35,074 bases of DNA from IMG/VR virus record IMGVR_UViG_3300049491_000057, positions 1-35,074 of that record; one strand, written 5' to 3'. This DNA is from a virus. Taxonomy: Duplodnaviria; Caudoviricetes. Both the position numbers and the translations under genes were made by a program. Of the stretch, positions 1 through 7,538 are shown piece by piece; within the stretch, counting starts at the first letter, position 1; every line of letters begins with the position of its first letter. The notes under the pieces are model-generated. The model searched no databases and was not told the DNA's origin. It saw only the letters and a program-made list of their open reading frames with translations.

Positions 1-84
1 ATTCCCGCTAGCATCTACGGCCGGTCTTGTCATGCTGTTGAAGTGCTTTACTACCTTGTCGAATAACTGTTGTGCTGTCATCAT
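1..84 (-). CDS. Hypothetical early protein, partial (runs off the left edge)
   Basis: ATG at 84-82 overlaps the TGA of 81..338 (ATGA). Reads MMTAQQLFDKVVKHFNSMTRPAVDASGN with no stop before the edge. Confidence 0.6.
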   Translation of the reverse strand, partial: MMTAQQLFDKVVKHFNSMTRPAVDASGN

Positions 85-338
85 GATAGTTCTTTCAATG
101 AACACTCAAGATTATACCTTTTTAAATCGTAGGCAGCTAAGAACTCAGTACCGAGCAAACGAATGCCATCTTCTGCTGTTCCTGCATAATCTCCTACCAC
201 AAGAACAACATCAAGATCAGCAACAGTAGTATAGCCACTAATTTCAGAGTAAATTTCTACTCCTACCTCAGTAGTGTCTATTACTTCCTTGTTGCGTATC
301 AGTTCCTCAAGTTCATTGATTAGCTCGCGTATGGTCAT
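81..338 (-). CDS. Hypothetical acidic protein (85 aa)
   Basis: AGGAG Shine-Dalgarno 9 nt upstream of the ATG; phage-typical MTIRELINEL start. Confidence 0.75.
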   Translation of the reverse strand: MTIRELINELEELIRNKEVIDTTEVGVEIYSEISGYTTVADLDVVLVVGDYAGTAEDGIRLLGTEFLAAYDLKRYNLECSLKELS

Positions 339-424
339 GGTTAGTATCTCCTATAGACTGAATGATAGTAGTTCGCCCTATACCACCGGCACAGGGCACG
401 GTTTGCCTCACCAAATTCAAGGCG

Positions 425-453
425 AAAAAATACCCGCCGGGGTGAGCGGCGGG
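425..453 (-). terminator. Rho-independent terminator after the first two early genes
   Basis: Minus strand reads CCCGCCG-CTCACCC-CGGCGGG-TA-TTTTTT: a 7-bp GC stem plus U-tract, just downstream of ORF 473..664. Confidence 0.8.
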
Positions 454-472
454 CTTAAGGGGCAGCGTAGTA

Positions 473-664
473 TCAGCGGCGTGTGCTGTGCATCGCACTG
501 AATTGCTTTGCGAACCGTTCGATCTGTTCCTGAGTCGGAGCATTGCTCGCTTGTGCGCGCGGCGGATTAACTCGCTCCGATTCCCATTTGCTGCCGACTC
601 GCTCGCAGTCTGTCATAAGCACACTGCAAGACTTTGGGGTGGCACGGACTTGTGTTGCTTTCAT
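473..664 (-). CDS. Hypothetical early protein (63 aa)
   Basis: AGGAG SD upstream of the ATG (ttcaggagaatgcaaccATG); followed by the terminator. Confidence 0.65.
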   Translation of the reverse strand: MKATQVRATPKSCSVLMTDCERVGSKWESERVNPPRAQASNAPTQEQIERFAKQFSAMHSTRR

Positions 665-702
665 GGTTGCATTCTCCTGAATGGATTAGTAGATACTAAG
701 GG

Positions 703-1461
703 TTAGTGCATCACCGCGTTGCGTGCCGCGACAGCATTGCGCTTGCTCGCATTCATTGCGCGGGACAGTGCGGCTTTCTGACCGCGACTCAGTTGGTCGC
801 GCTTCGCCTTGCCTTGCAGTACGTCGGAAGCGTAGACCTTGGTGGCGCGCTTCGCTGCCTCGGGCTTTGTTGCCTTCGCCCCTTGCATCGCAGAGCGAGT
901 AGCGAGCAACTGTTCCAATACCTCGCTCTTAAAGCCCGCTGTGACGCGCACCGCAGCGATTACTTGGTCAAGCGCATCGATGATGCCAGCACGGTCCAGC
1001 GGCTTGTCTGCCTTGCTCTTGCGGCCGCGTTTCTTGCTGACGTCAGTGGGGGACTTGTTAGCAGCGATGAGCGCGCTTGCACGCTTCTTTGCCACGTTGT
1101 ATCCGCAGTCGGCGAAGAGCTCCGCGCCAGTGACGCGCTTCGCTTTCTTAGTGCCGTCAATCTGGATTGTGGCGGTCAAGTAATACGCGGTGCAGATACG
1201 CTTCGCTTCGCTTGCATACACGCTTGCTGTTGCCTTCGCGCACTTCTTTGCCGCGTATGCTTCGATCAGTGCCACACGGAACGCCTCAATCGCTTCGGGC
1301 TTGTTGCTGGTTTTCTTTGCGGCCTCAAGTACCAAAGCCAGCATTGCTTTGCTGCCTTGCTCATTCTCACCGTGCTTGCTCACAATCTCTGTGGCAATGG
1401 TATCGAATCCGTTGCGCGTTACTGCTACTTGCTCACGTCCGGCCTTTGCTGTCTTGCTCAT
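703..1461 (-). CDS. Lys/Ala-rich basic early protein, probably DNA-binding (252 aa)
   Basis: GAGGTG SD. Very basic, with KKRGRKSK and histone-like AKATKPEAAKRATK segments. First gene leftward of the control region. Confidence 0.8.
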   Translation of the reverse strand: MSKTAKAGREQVAVTRNGFDTIATEIVSKHGENEQGSKAMLALVLEAAKKTSNKPEAIEAFRVALIEAYAAKKCAKATASVYASEAKRICTAYYLTATIQIDGTKKAKRVTGAELFADCGYNVAKKRASALIAANKSPTDVSKKRGRKSKADKPLDRAGIIDALDQVIAAVRVTAGFKSEVLEQLLATRSAMQGAKATKPEAAKRATKVYASDVLQGKAKRDQLSRGQKAALSRAMNASKRNAVAARNAVMH

Positions 1462-1538
1462 GGTGTCACCTCATTAGTTGGTACTAATCCCGGTTCGGCC
1501 GGGTCCGTCGCGCATTAAGAGGAACGCGCGCGAAGAGC

Positions 1539-1544
1539 ATTATA
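1539..1544 (-). promoter_or_regulatory. Candidate sigma70 -10 element for the early genes
   Basis: Perfect TATAAT on the minus strand about 80 nt upstream of the 1461 start; no consensus -35 at 17-nt spacing. Confidence 0.4.
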
Positions 1545-1565
1545 TCGCCCTTTCCCGCCTTGAAC

Positions 1566-1689
1566 CGGCATGGTTCTTGCTTGTATGAGGTAAGTTATTG
1601 ATTATGAACGAATGTATTTATATGACTGAAGAGTCAGTTAGGGTGGAACGATTCTTGCTTGCGGTGGGTAGGATGGAATGAATCTTGCT
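1566..1689 (+). promoter_or_regulatory. Three sigma54 (-24/-12) motifs
   Basis: CGGCATGGTTCTTGCT (1566-1581), TGGAACGATTCTTGCT (1644-1659) and TGGAATGAATCTTGCT (1674-1689). All have GG-N10-GC spacing and end TTGCT, matching TGGCAC-N5-TTGCW. Confidence 0.75.
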
Positions 1690-1713
1690 TGGAAATGGGC
1701 TAAACTATTGATT
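1591..1713. promoter_or_regulatory. Two IHF consensus sites
   Basis: TAAGTTATTGATT (1591-1603) and TAAACTATTGATT (1701-1713), both the reverse complement of WATCAA-N4-TTR. Confidence 0.7.
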
Positions 1714-1775
1714 AGATTGGATACACGCATCGGATTGCGCATAGAATGGGAGGAGTGTCAAGCTATTTATTTTCA

Positions 1776-1791
1776 CTGTGTGGATATACAG
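1776..1791. promoter_or_regulatory. LexA (SOS) box
   Basis: CTGTGTGGATATACAG fits CTGT-N8-ACAG; the palindrome extends to CACTGT...ACAGTG. Confidence 0.7.
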
Positions 1792-1898
1792 TGGTGGGAT
1801 TAGTGGTGCTAATGGTGGGACTGTTGGATATCCAATGATTAGTGGGGAATTATTGGAGTTCCAACTGTTTGATTGGAAATGATTGGTAATGCAGCATT

Positions 1899-1926
1899 TT
1901 CACAGACGTTCACAGAAATTCACAGA
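1899..1926 (+). repeat. Three TTCACAGA direct repeats at exactly 10-bp period
   Basis: Copies at 1899, 1909 and 1919. Confidence 0.85.
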
Positions 1927-2208
1927 AGATAGCAGATTTTATTTAGGTATACAGGGAGGGGGTGGGGGAAAAGATATTGCCCGGGGAAATTCAAATCACA
2001 CTATTTCCCACAATCTAGCAATTTTATGCTTTTTCAGATACAGCTAAGATTATGATTATCCTAGATATAACTCAACTATAGCTATTACTAACCACATACC
2101 ACACTAGACTCTAGAGAGTCTCTAAGTATATAATTATATTATATATTAACCCAAGAAAAACAAAAGTATTAATTGTTTAATTTAATACCAAAAGAAAAAG
2201 AACTTTCT

Positions 2209-2236
2209 TTTGACAACAGAAGTGTTAAAAAGTTCC
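2209..2236 (-). promoter_or_regulatory. Leftward sigmaE (RpoE/AlgU-type) promoter
   Basis: Minus strand GGAACTT-N16-TCAAA. Confidence 0.65.
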
Positions 2237-2294
2237 CTAAATCTGAAAATATATTATAAGTTAGTGCTTACTTCATATTTATTTTTAGTTTTGG

Positions 2295-2322
2295 GGAACT
2301 TATTTTGATACCAGTTGTCTAA
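2295..2322 (+). promoter_or_regulatory. Rightward sigmaE (RpoE/AlgU-type) promoter for the late operon
   Basis: GGAACTT (2295-2301)-N16-TCTAA (2318-2322), about 40 nt upstream of the TerS ATG. Confidence 0.75.
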
Positions 2323-2360
2323 GGTTTTGTAAGAGACCTAAATTAATCCTAGAGGAGTTA

Positions 2361-2999
2361 ATGTTTAAGATAACTAAAGACTTAAGCCCGGAAAAGATTA
2401 CAGGCTATACATATCAAGACCAGCCGATCGTGCTGGCTAGAAAACGAGGGAGACCTCCCCGCACCAAGGCTAAGCCCGGTTGGCATCCCTTGGACAAGAA
2501 GATACACGCAGCCTGCATCTATGCCGTCACTGGCGATTTAAAGAAAGCCTGCGAACTCACCGATATTCCCGTAAACCAGCTCAAGTCTATGATGAACGAG
2601 CAATGGTGGATTGATGCTATTCAGCAGATCCGTAGGGAAGAAAACGACCAGATTACTGCCAAGATGACTACCATCGTGGATAAGTCATTGGACGCCATGC
2701 AAGACCGCTTGGAGAATGGGGATTCCTATCTCACCAAGGATGGAGAAATTGTAAAAGTACCAGTCCGTATGAAGGATCTTACCATGCCCGTGGGTATATT
2801 GACCGATAAGCGTCAGTTACTTCGTGGCGAAGCTACCAGCCGTACCGAGAAACTGGGACAGGAAGATATTCTCAAAGAACTGGCAAACAAATTCGAAAGC
2901 TTTGCAAAACAACTAAACCATAAACAACCAGAGACCATAGATGTCTCTGATGCTGAAGTAATTACTGAGGAGAAAATAGAAGATGTGCGTAGTGAGTAA
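2361..2999 (+). CDS. Terminase small subunit (putative)
   Basis: GAGGAG SD; HTH-like segment (YAVTGDLKKACELTDIPVNQLKSM); helical body ending DKRQLLRGEATSRTE; first gene of the packaging operon, upstream of TerL. Confidence 0.7.
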   Translation: MFKITKDLSPEKITGYTYQDQPIVLARKRGRPPRTKAKPGWHPLDKKIHAACIYAVTGDLKKACELTDIPVNQLKSMMNEQWWIDAIQQIRREENDQITAKMTTIVDKSLDAMQDRLENGDSYLTKDGEIVKVPVRMKDLTMPVGILTDKRQLLRGEATSRTEKLGQEDILKELANKFESFAKQLNHKQPETIDVSDAEVITEEKIEDVRSE

Positions 3000-3240
3000 C
3001 GTAACAGATTGGGGTATGAGAACATGGCCGGGTACTGGTGGTCATACTTCCCCCTTAACTATGCCTTCTTATACTGGTCCTACTAGGAAAGAATGGGAAG
3101 ACTTTAAAGACCTAATTCAGAAAGCTCTTGAGATTGACAAGAAAACCGGACAACCCGATTGTATTGATCCTAAAAAGGCCGAATGGATGAAGAAAATGGA
3201 AGAACTCTACGACAATGCCAAAAACCCGAAACTACCGTAA
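2983..3240 (+). CDS. Hypothetical protein (85 aa)
   Basis: Fills the gap between TerS and HNH with short overlaps; TGQPDC motif. Confidence 0.65.
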   Translation: MCVVSNVTDWGMRTWPGTGGHTSPLTMPSYTGPTRKEWEDFKDLIQKALEIDKKTGQPDCIDPKKAEWMKKMEELYDNAKNPKLP

Positions 3241-3472
3241 GGAATACGACAACTACCAAGGTAAGCCTGAGCAGATCAAGAATCGGGCTAAACGGAATAA
3301 AGCTCGTGCCGAGATGGCCGATGCCGGTAAGGTCCATAAGGGAGATGGTATGGACGTAGACCACAAGAAACCCTTGATTAAGGGCGGAGGGAACTACCTA
3401 GCTAATCTGCGAGTGCAGACGGACAACGCTAATCGTTCGTTCAAAAGGACTCGCAAGGCAAGGATGAAGTGA
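3215..3472 (+). CDS. HNH endonuclease-like protein (packaging associated)
   Basis: DVDHKKPLIKGG-N-NLRV-NR beta-beta-alpha pattern; directly upstream of TerL (GTGA overlap). Confidence 0.75.
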   Translation: MPKTRNYRKEYDNYQGKPEQIKNRAKRNKARAEMADAGKVHKGDGMDVDHKKPLIKGGGNYLANLRVQTDNANRSFKRTRKARMK

Positions 3473-4962
3473 AGCTAACCAAAGAACTGATCTACGGTTT
3501 CGCGGGATCCGTTCTTTCAACTAAATATGATAACCCAGTACCAACCCCATGGTTCCATCTGGAATGGTGGGACTTATGTTGTTCCGATGATCCACTCGTA
3601 GCAATCGCTGCTCCCAGAGGACACGCCAAAAGCACTGCAATCACTCATACGTACGTTCTGGCATCCGTACTCTTTCGGGATCGTAGTTTTGTTATCATCG
3701 TGAGCTATACAGAAGGGCAAGCCGTGGAGTTTCTTCGGGATATCAAGAAGGAACTTACCGATAACCATGATCTGCAGGCCTTATTCAAAATAAAGGGGTT
3801 GAAGAAGGACACTGAGACTGACATTATCGTCGAGATGGACGATGGTCATCAATTCAGAATCATGGCTAAGGGGTCCGAACAGCGAGTCCGGGGGTTGAAG
3901 TGGGATTACAAGCGTCCTGATCTTATCGTTTGTGACGATATTGAGGACGATGAGTTGGTACTAAACCAAGATCGTCGTGAGAAATTCCGTAATTGGTTTG
4001 ACAAAGCCCTGCTTCCTATCCGTTCTGACAACGGAATAGTGAGAATGGTGGGTACAGTGATGCATATGGATGCTGTTCTTGAGCGGTTAATGCCTAAAGA
4101 CTTCCAGAAAACCACTGTAATTGAGCCTTTGAAGATGTACAGCACTGAAAAACGGTATGTTTGGAAGTCTGTCAAGTACCAAGCTTGTACTGAAGACTTT
4201 AAAACCATACTTTGGCCTGAAAAAATCTCAGAGGAAGTACTTAGAGGACACTATGCCCGTTACCAAGCACAGGGAAACCCGGAAGGTTTCTACCAAGAAT
4301 ACCTTAACAAAGCAATTGATCCGCATCACAGCTTTTTCAGGCGTGCCGACTTTATCCCAATGCGGGAAGCCGACCACGAAAAGTATAAACAATACTACAT
4401 GGCTTGTGACCTTGCCATCTCACAAAAGGAACGAGCTGATTACACAGCGATTGTGGTCGGAGGAGTTGATGAGTTCGGGTACTTATACATTGTAGACGTT
4501 ATTCGTGAGAGATTAGACGGTAAAGAGATCATTGATGCTCTCTTAGCCCTGAATAAACGGTACAATTGTGAACTTGTAACCATGGAACGGGGGCAGATCG
4601 AGAAGGCCATAGGTCCATTCCTGAAGACAGAGATGTTGGAAACCAACAGTTACATGAACATGAATCTGGTTACCCCAACAAAGGATAAACAACAAAGAGC
4701 CCGCTCATGGCAGGCTCGAATGAGGGCTGGAACAGTCCTTTTTGATACCAAAGCTGACTGGTATCTAGCCTTTGAGCAGGAACATCTTAGGTTTCCAAGG
4801 GATAGGCATGACGACCAAGTGGATGCCGCAGCTTATCTTGGACTTACCCTAGACAAGTTCATCAATGCTCCCACAGAAGAAGACTTAATTGAAGAAGAAT
4901 ACACACGCGAATACAACGAAACTATGCGGCCTTTGGGTCGGTCAATGATTGGTGGATACTAA
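3469..4962 (+). CDS. terL: Terminase large subunit
   Basis: Walker A APRGHAKST, Walker B LIVCDDIED, RNase H-like nuclease motifs ACDLA, ADYTA and HDDQVDA. Confidence 0.95.
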   Translation: MKLTKELIYGFAGSVLSTKYDNPVPTPWFHLEWWDLCCSDDPLVAIAAPRGHAKSTAITHTYVLASVLFRDRSFVIIVSYTEGQAVEFLRDIKKELTDNHDLQALFKIKGLKKDTETDIIVEMDDGHQFRIMAKGSEQRVRGLKWDYKRPDLIVCDDIEDDELVLNQDRREKFRNWFDKALLPIRSDNGIVRMVGTVMHMDAVLERLMPKDFQKTTVIEPLKMYSTEKRYVWKSVKYQACTEDFKTILWPEKISEEVLRGHYARYQAQGNPEGFYQEYLNKAIDPHHSFFRRADFIPMREADHEKYKQYYMACDLAISQKERADYTAIVVGGVDEFGYLYIVDVIRERLDGKEIIDALLALNKRYNCELVTMERGQIEKAIGPFLKTEMLETNSYMNMNLVTPTKDKQQRARSWQARMRAGTVLFDTKADWYLAFEQEHLRFPRDRHDDQVDAAAYLGLTLDKFINAPTEEDLIEEEYTREYNETMRPLGRSMIGGY

Positions 4963-7110
4963 ATGGCGATAGACTTAGATAACCTAGATGCATTGTTCCA
5001 GATGGCGAATCTGGCTGACGAAGTCGATGAACAGACTCTTCTGGACATCGGCGCACAGGTTGTTGCCGACTTTCAAGCTGATCTTGATTCCCGTAGCGAA
5101 TGGGAAGACCAGCACGACGAATGGATGAAACTGGCAGTACAGGTAGTGGAAGAGAAGAGTTGGCCTTGGGATGGCGCTGCAAACGTCAAATACCCGCTTC
5201 TAGCCACTTCTGCAATGCAGTTCCAAGCCAGAGCCTATCCAACCCTTGTCGCTGCCCCTAGCGTGGTTAAAGCCCGCGTAATAGGGGAAGATCCTACCGG
5301 AGAAAAGGCCAAAAGGGCTGAACGTATCGGCAAACATATGTCCTACCAAGTACTTGAGCAGATCGAGGACTGGGATGAGGACATGGATAAGCTTTGCTTT
5401 ATCCTCCCGATTACAGGTGTATGCTTTAAGAAGGTTTACTACGATTCTGCTACTGGGCATAACTGTAGTGAACTTATCCTGCCTAAGGATCTGGTAATTA
5501 ACTACTGGACTAAGAAGCTGGAGAAGGCTTCTACTGTTACCCATATCATGTATATGACTAAGAACACGATTATGGAACAGCAGATGAGTGGTGCTTTCAG
5601 CGAGCTTAATCTGGATACTACCTCAATCATGAATATTGACCATGAGGTAGAGGCTAGGGAAAAAGAAGGCTTTACGCAACCAGCTGTCCTTGATGACGCC
5701 CCTAGAACCATTCTGGAGCAACACCGTTGGTGGGATCTGGACAAAGATGGTTACATGGAACCCTATATTGTCACCGTGGAATACAGTACTTCCAAGGTGC
5801 TTCGTATTACCCCTCGCTTTGAGAAAGAGGGAGTTATCGTAAAGAATGGTAAGTTAGTAAGAATCGAGCCGGAGAACTACTTTATCAAGTTCTCGTTTAT
5901 TCCGAATCCAGATGGTGGATTCTACGATCTAGGCTTTGGGGCCCTATTAGGTCCCCTCAATGCTACCGTCAATACTTTGATTAACCAGTTGCTCGATTCT
6001 GGTACCCTGCATAATCTGCAGGCTGGATTCATTTCCAAGGGTATTAGGCTTAAAGCCGGTGAAGCTCCTTTCCAACCCGGTGAATGGAAAGCGATACAGA
6101 CAACGGGAGATGATCTTAGAAAGGGTATCTTCCCGCTGCCTACCAAGGAGCCAAGCGATACTCTGTTTAAACTGTTGGGTTCTATTGTAGAATCTGGGCA
6201 GAAACTTGCGTCTATTGCAGAGATCTTTGTGGGTAAGATGCCGGGACAGAATACTCCTGCCACTACCACGATGGCTACCATTGAGCAGGGAATGAAGGTA
6301 TTTACCGCTATCTATAAGCGGATATACAGGTCTCTAACTAAAGAATTTAAGCGCATGTACAAGCTCAATAAACTGTATATGGAGATGGGTGAAGAATTCA
6401 ACGTAGTTGACTCCCCTGATCTCCTTACGATTGGGCAATCAGATTATCTACAGGATGATACAGATGTAAGACCAGCAGCTGATCCCACAAGCGTCAGTGA
6501 AATGCTCAGGCTTACCAAAGCCCAAGCCCTGTTGGAACTTATTCCTCTTGGTACCCTGAATGCACAGGAAGCTACCAAGCGTATTCTGGAAGCTCAGGAC
6601 CAACCTGAGATTGAGAAGTTACTGAACCAAGGTCCGCCACCGCCAGATCCTAAGATGATCGAAGCACAGGTCAAGGTCCAAACTGCCCAAGCTCTTGCTC
6701 AATTAAAGCAGCAAGAAGTCCAAATGAAAATGCAGGCAGAACAGGAAAAGGGTAAATTTGATATTGCCATGAAGCAAATGGAGATGCAATTGAAGGCTAT
6801 GGAAGCCCAATTGAAACTCGAACAAGCTCATAAGCAAGCAATGGTAGATACCATGAAGGCCAAGAACGACATGGAAATTACCCATATGAAGGGTAAGCAA
6901 CAAGTAGAAATGGCTAACATGCAGCATGAACAGAAGAAAAAAGAACTCGCCCAATCCAGCAAAGAGAAAGAAGCTGGGGATGCTAAAGGTAAAAAAGAGC
7001 CTCCTGTGACAATCAATATTGACTCACAGCAGAAGAAAAAGACAAAGAAGAAGGCTAAGAAAAATTCTGACGGTTCTTGGGATATCACCGAAGAACCCAT
7101 CACAGACTAA
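4963..7110 (+). CDS. Portal protein with long C-terminal helical barrel (P22-like)
   Basis: Follows TerL; 715 aa; WPWDGAANV, GFYDLGFG and ATTTMATIEQG motifs; Gln/Met/Lys-rich coiled-coil C-terminus. Confidence 0.9.
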   Translation: MAIDLDNLDALFQMANLADEVDEQTLLDIGAQVVADFQADLDSRSEWEDQHDEWMKLAVQVVEEKSWPWDGAANVKYPLLATSAMQFQARAYPTLVAAPSVVKARVIGEDPTGEKAKRAERIGKHMSYQVLEQIEDWDEDMDKLCFILPITGVCFKKVYYDSATGHNCSELILPKDLVINYWTKKLEKASTVTHIMYMTKNTIMEQQMSGAFSELNLDTTSIMNIDHEVEAREKEGFTQPAVLDDAPRTILEQHRWWDLDKDGYMEPYIVTVEYSTSKVLRITPRFEKEGVIVKNGKLVRIEPENYFIKFSFIPNPDGGFYDLGFGALLGPLNATVNTLINQLLDSGTLHNLQAGFISKGIRLKAGEAPFQPGEWKAIQTTGDDLRKGIFPLPTKEPSDTLFKLLGSIVESGQKLASIAEIFVGKMPGQNTPATTTMATIEQGMKVFTAIYKRIYRSLTKEFKRMYKLNKLYMEMGEEFNVVDSPDLLTIGQSDYLQDDTDVRPAADPTSVSEMLRLTKAQALLELIPLGTLNAQEATKRILEAQDQPEIEKLLNQGPPPPDPKMIEAQVKVQTAQALAQLKQQEVQMKMQAEQEKGKFDIAMKQMEMQLKAMEAQLKLEQAHKQAMVDTMKAKNDMEITHMKGKQQVEMANMQHEQKKKELAQSSKEKEAGDAKGKKEPPVTINIDSQQKKKTKKKAKKNSDGSWDITEEPITD

Positions 7111-7118
7111 GGAGTAAC

Positions 7119-7532
7119 ATGAAAAAACTATTGTGGTTGTTTTTGTTTGGTACAGGAACAGCACTTGCTGTAGGCACTGCAACTCTTTCGTGGGATTATT
7201 TGCCCGCTGACATTACTACGTTTGGCGTTACCCACTTTAGTCTAGAGCGTAAGTTAGGAACCTGCGCCAGCACCACTGGGACTTTTGCTGAGGTTGCAAC
7301 GCCCACCGCCACCTTACGGACGATTGTAGACCCCAACCTCGTGTCTGGGAATACATATTGCTGGAGGATGGCTGCTGTAAATCCAACAACGAAGTCTGGG
7401 TATTCGAATACAGTTGAAAAACTGATTCCTTGGCCCGCACCTCCGTCACCCCAAATGCAACAGGTAACTATTGTACTCTCGTGGAACGTGGACACAGGAA
7501 AGTATCAGATAGCAATAAAGGACGGGGAATAA
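7119..7532 (+). CDS. Signal-peptide-bearing fibronectin type III-like protein
   Basis: Start corrected to ATG 7119 (TAAGGAG SD). MKKLLWLFLFGTGTALA signal-like N-terminus; Fn3 hallmarks TLSW, YCWRMAAVN and SGYSN. Confidence 0.7.
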   Translation: MKKLLWLFLFGTGTALAVGTATLSWDYLPADITTFGVTHFSLERKLGTCASTTGTFAEVATPTATLRTIVDPNLVSGNTYCWRMAAVNPTTKSGYSNTVEKLIPWPAPPSPQMQQVTIVLSWNVDTGKYQIAIKDGE

Positions 7533-7538
7533 CTTAAT

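Noticed and set aside
706-1518. 270-aa plus-strand ORF (and nested 839..1183, 1167..1487, 1190..1477)
   Set aside because: Antisense shadow of the GC-rich 703..1461 gene; Cys/Leu/Arg-rich composition and no SD, while the minus gene has a clear SD.
1735-1761. Sigma70 promoter from the minus-strand TTGACA
   Set aside because: The hexamers at 16-18 nt spacing (CGCAAT, GCAATC, CAATCC) are poor -10 matches, so it was not called as a feature.
1779-2012. DnaA boxes (TGTGGATAT, TTTCCCACA)
   Set aside because: Each has a mismatch and one lies inside the LexA box; too weak to claim an origin.
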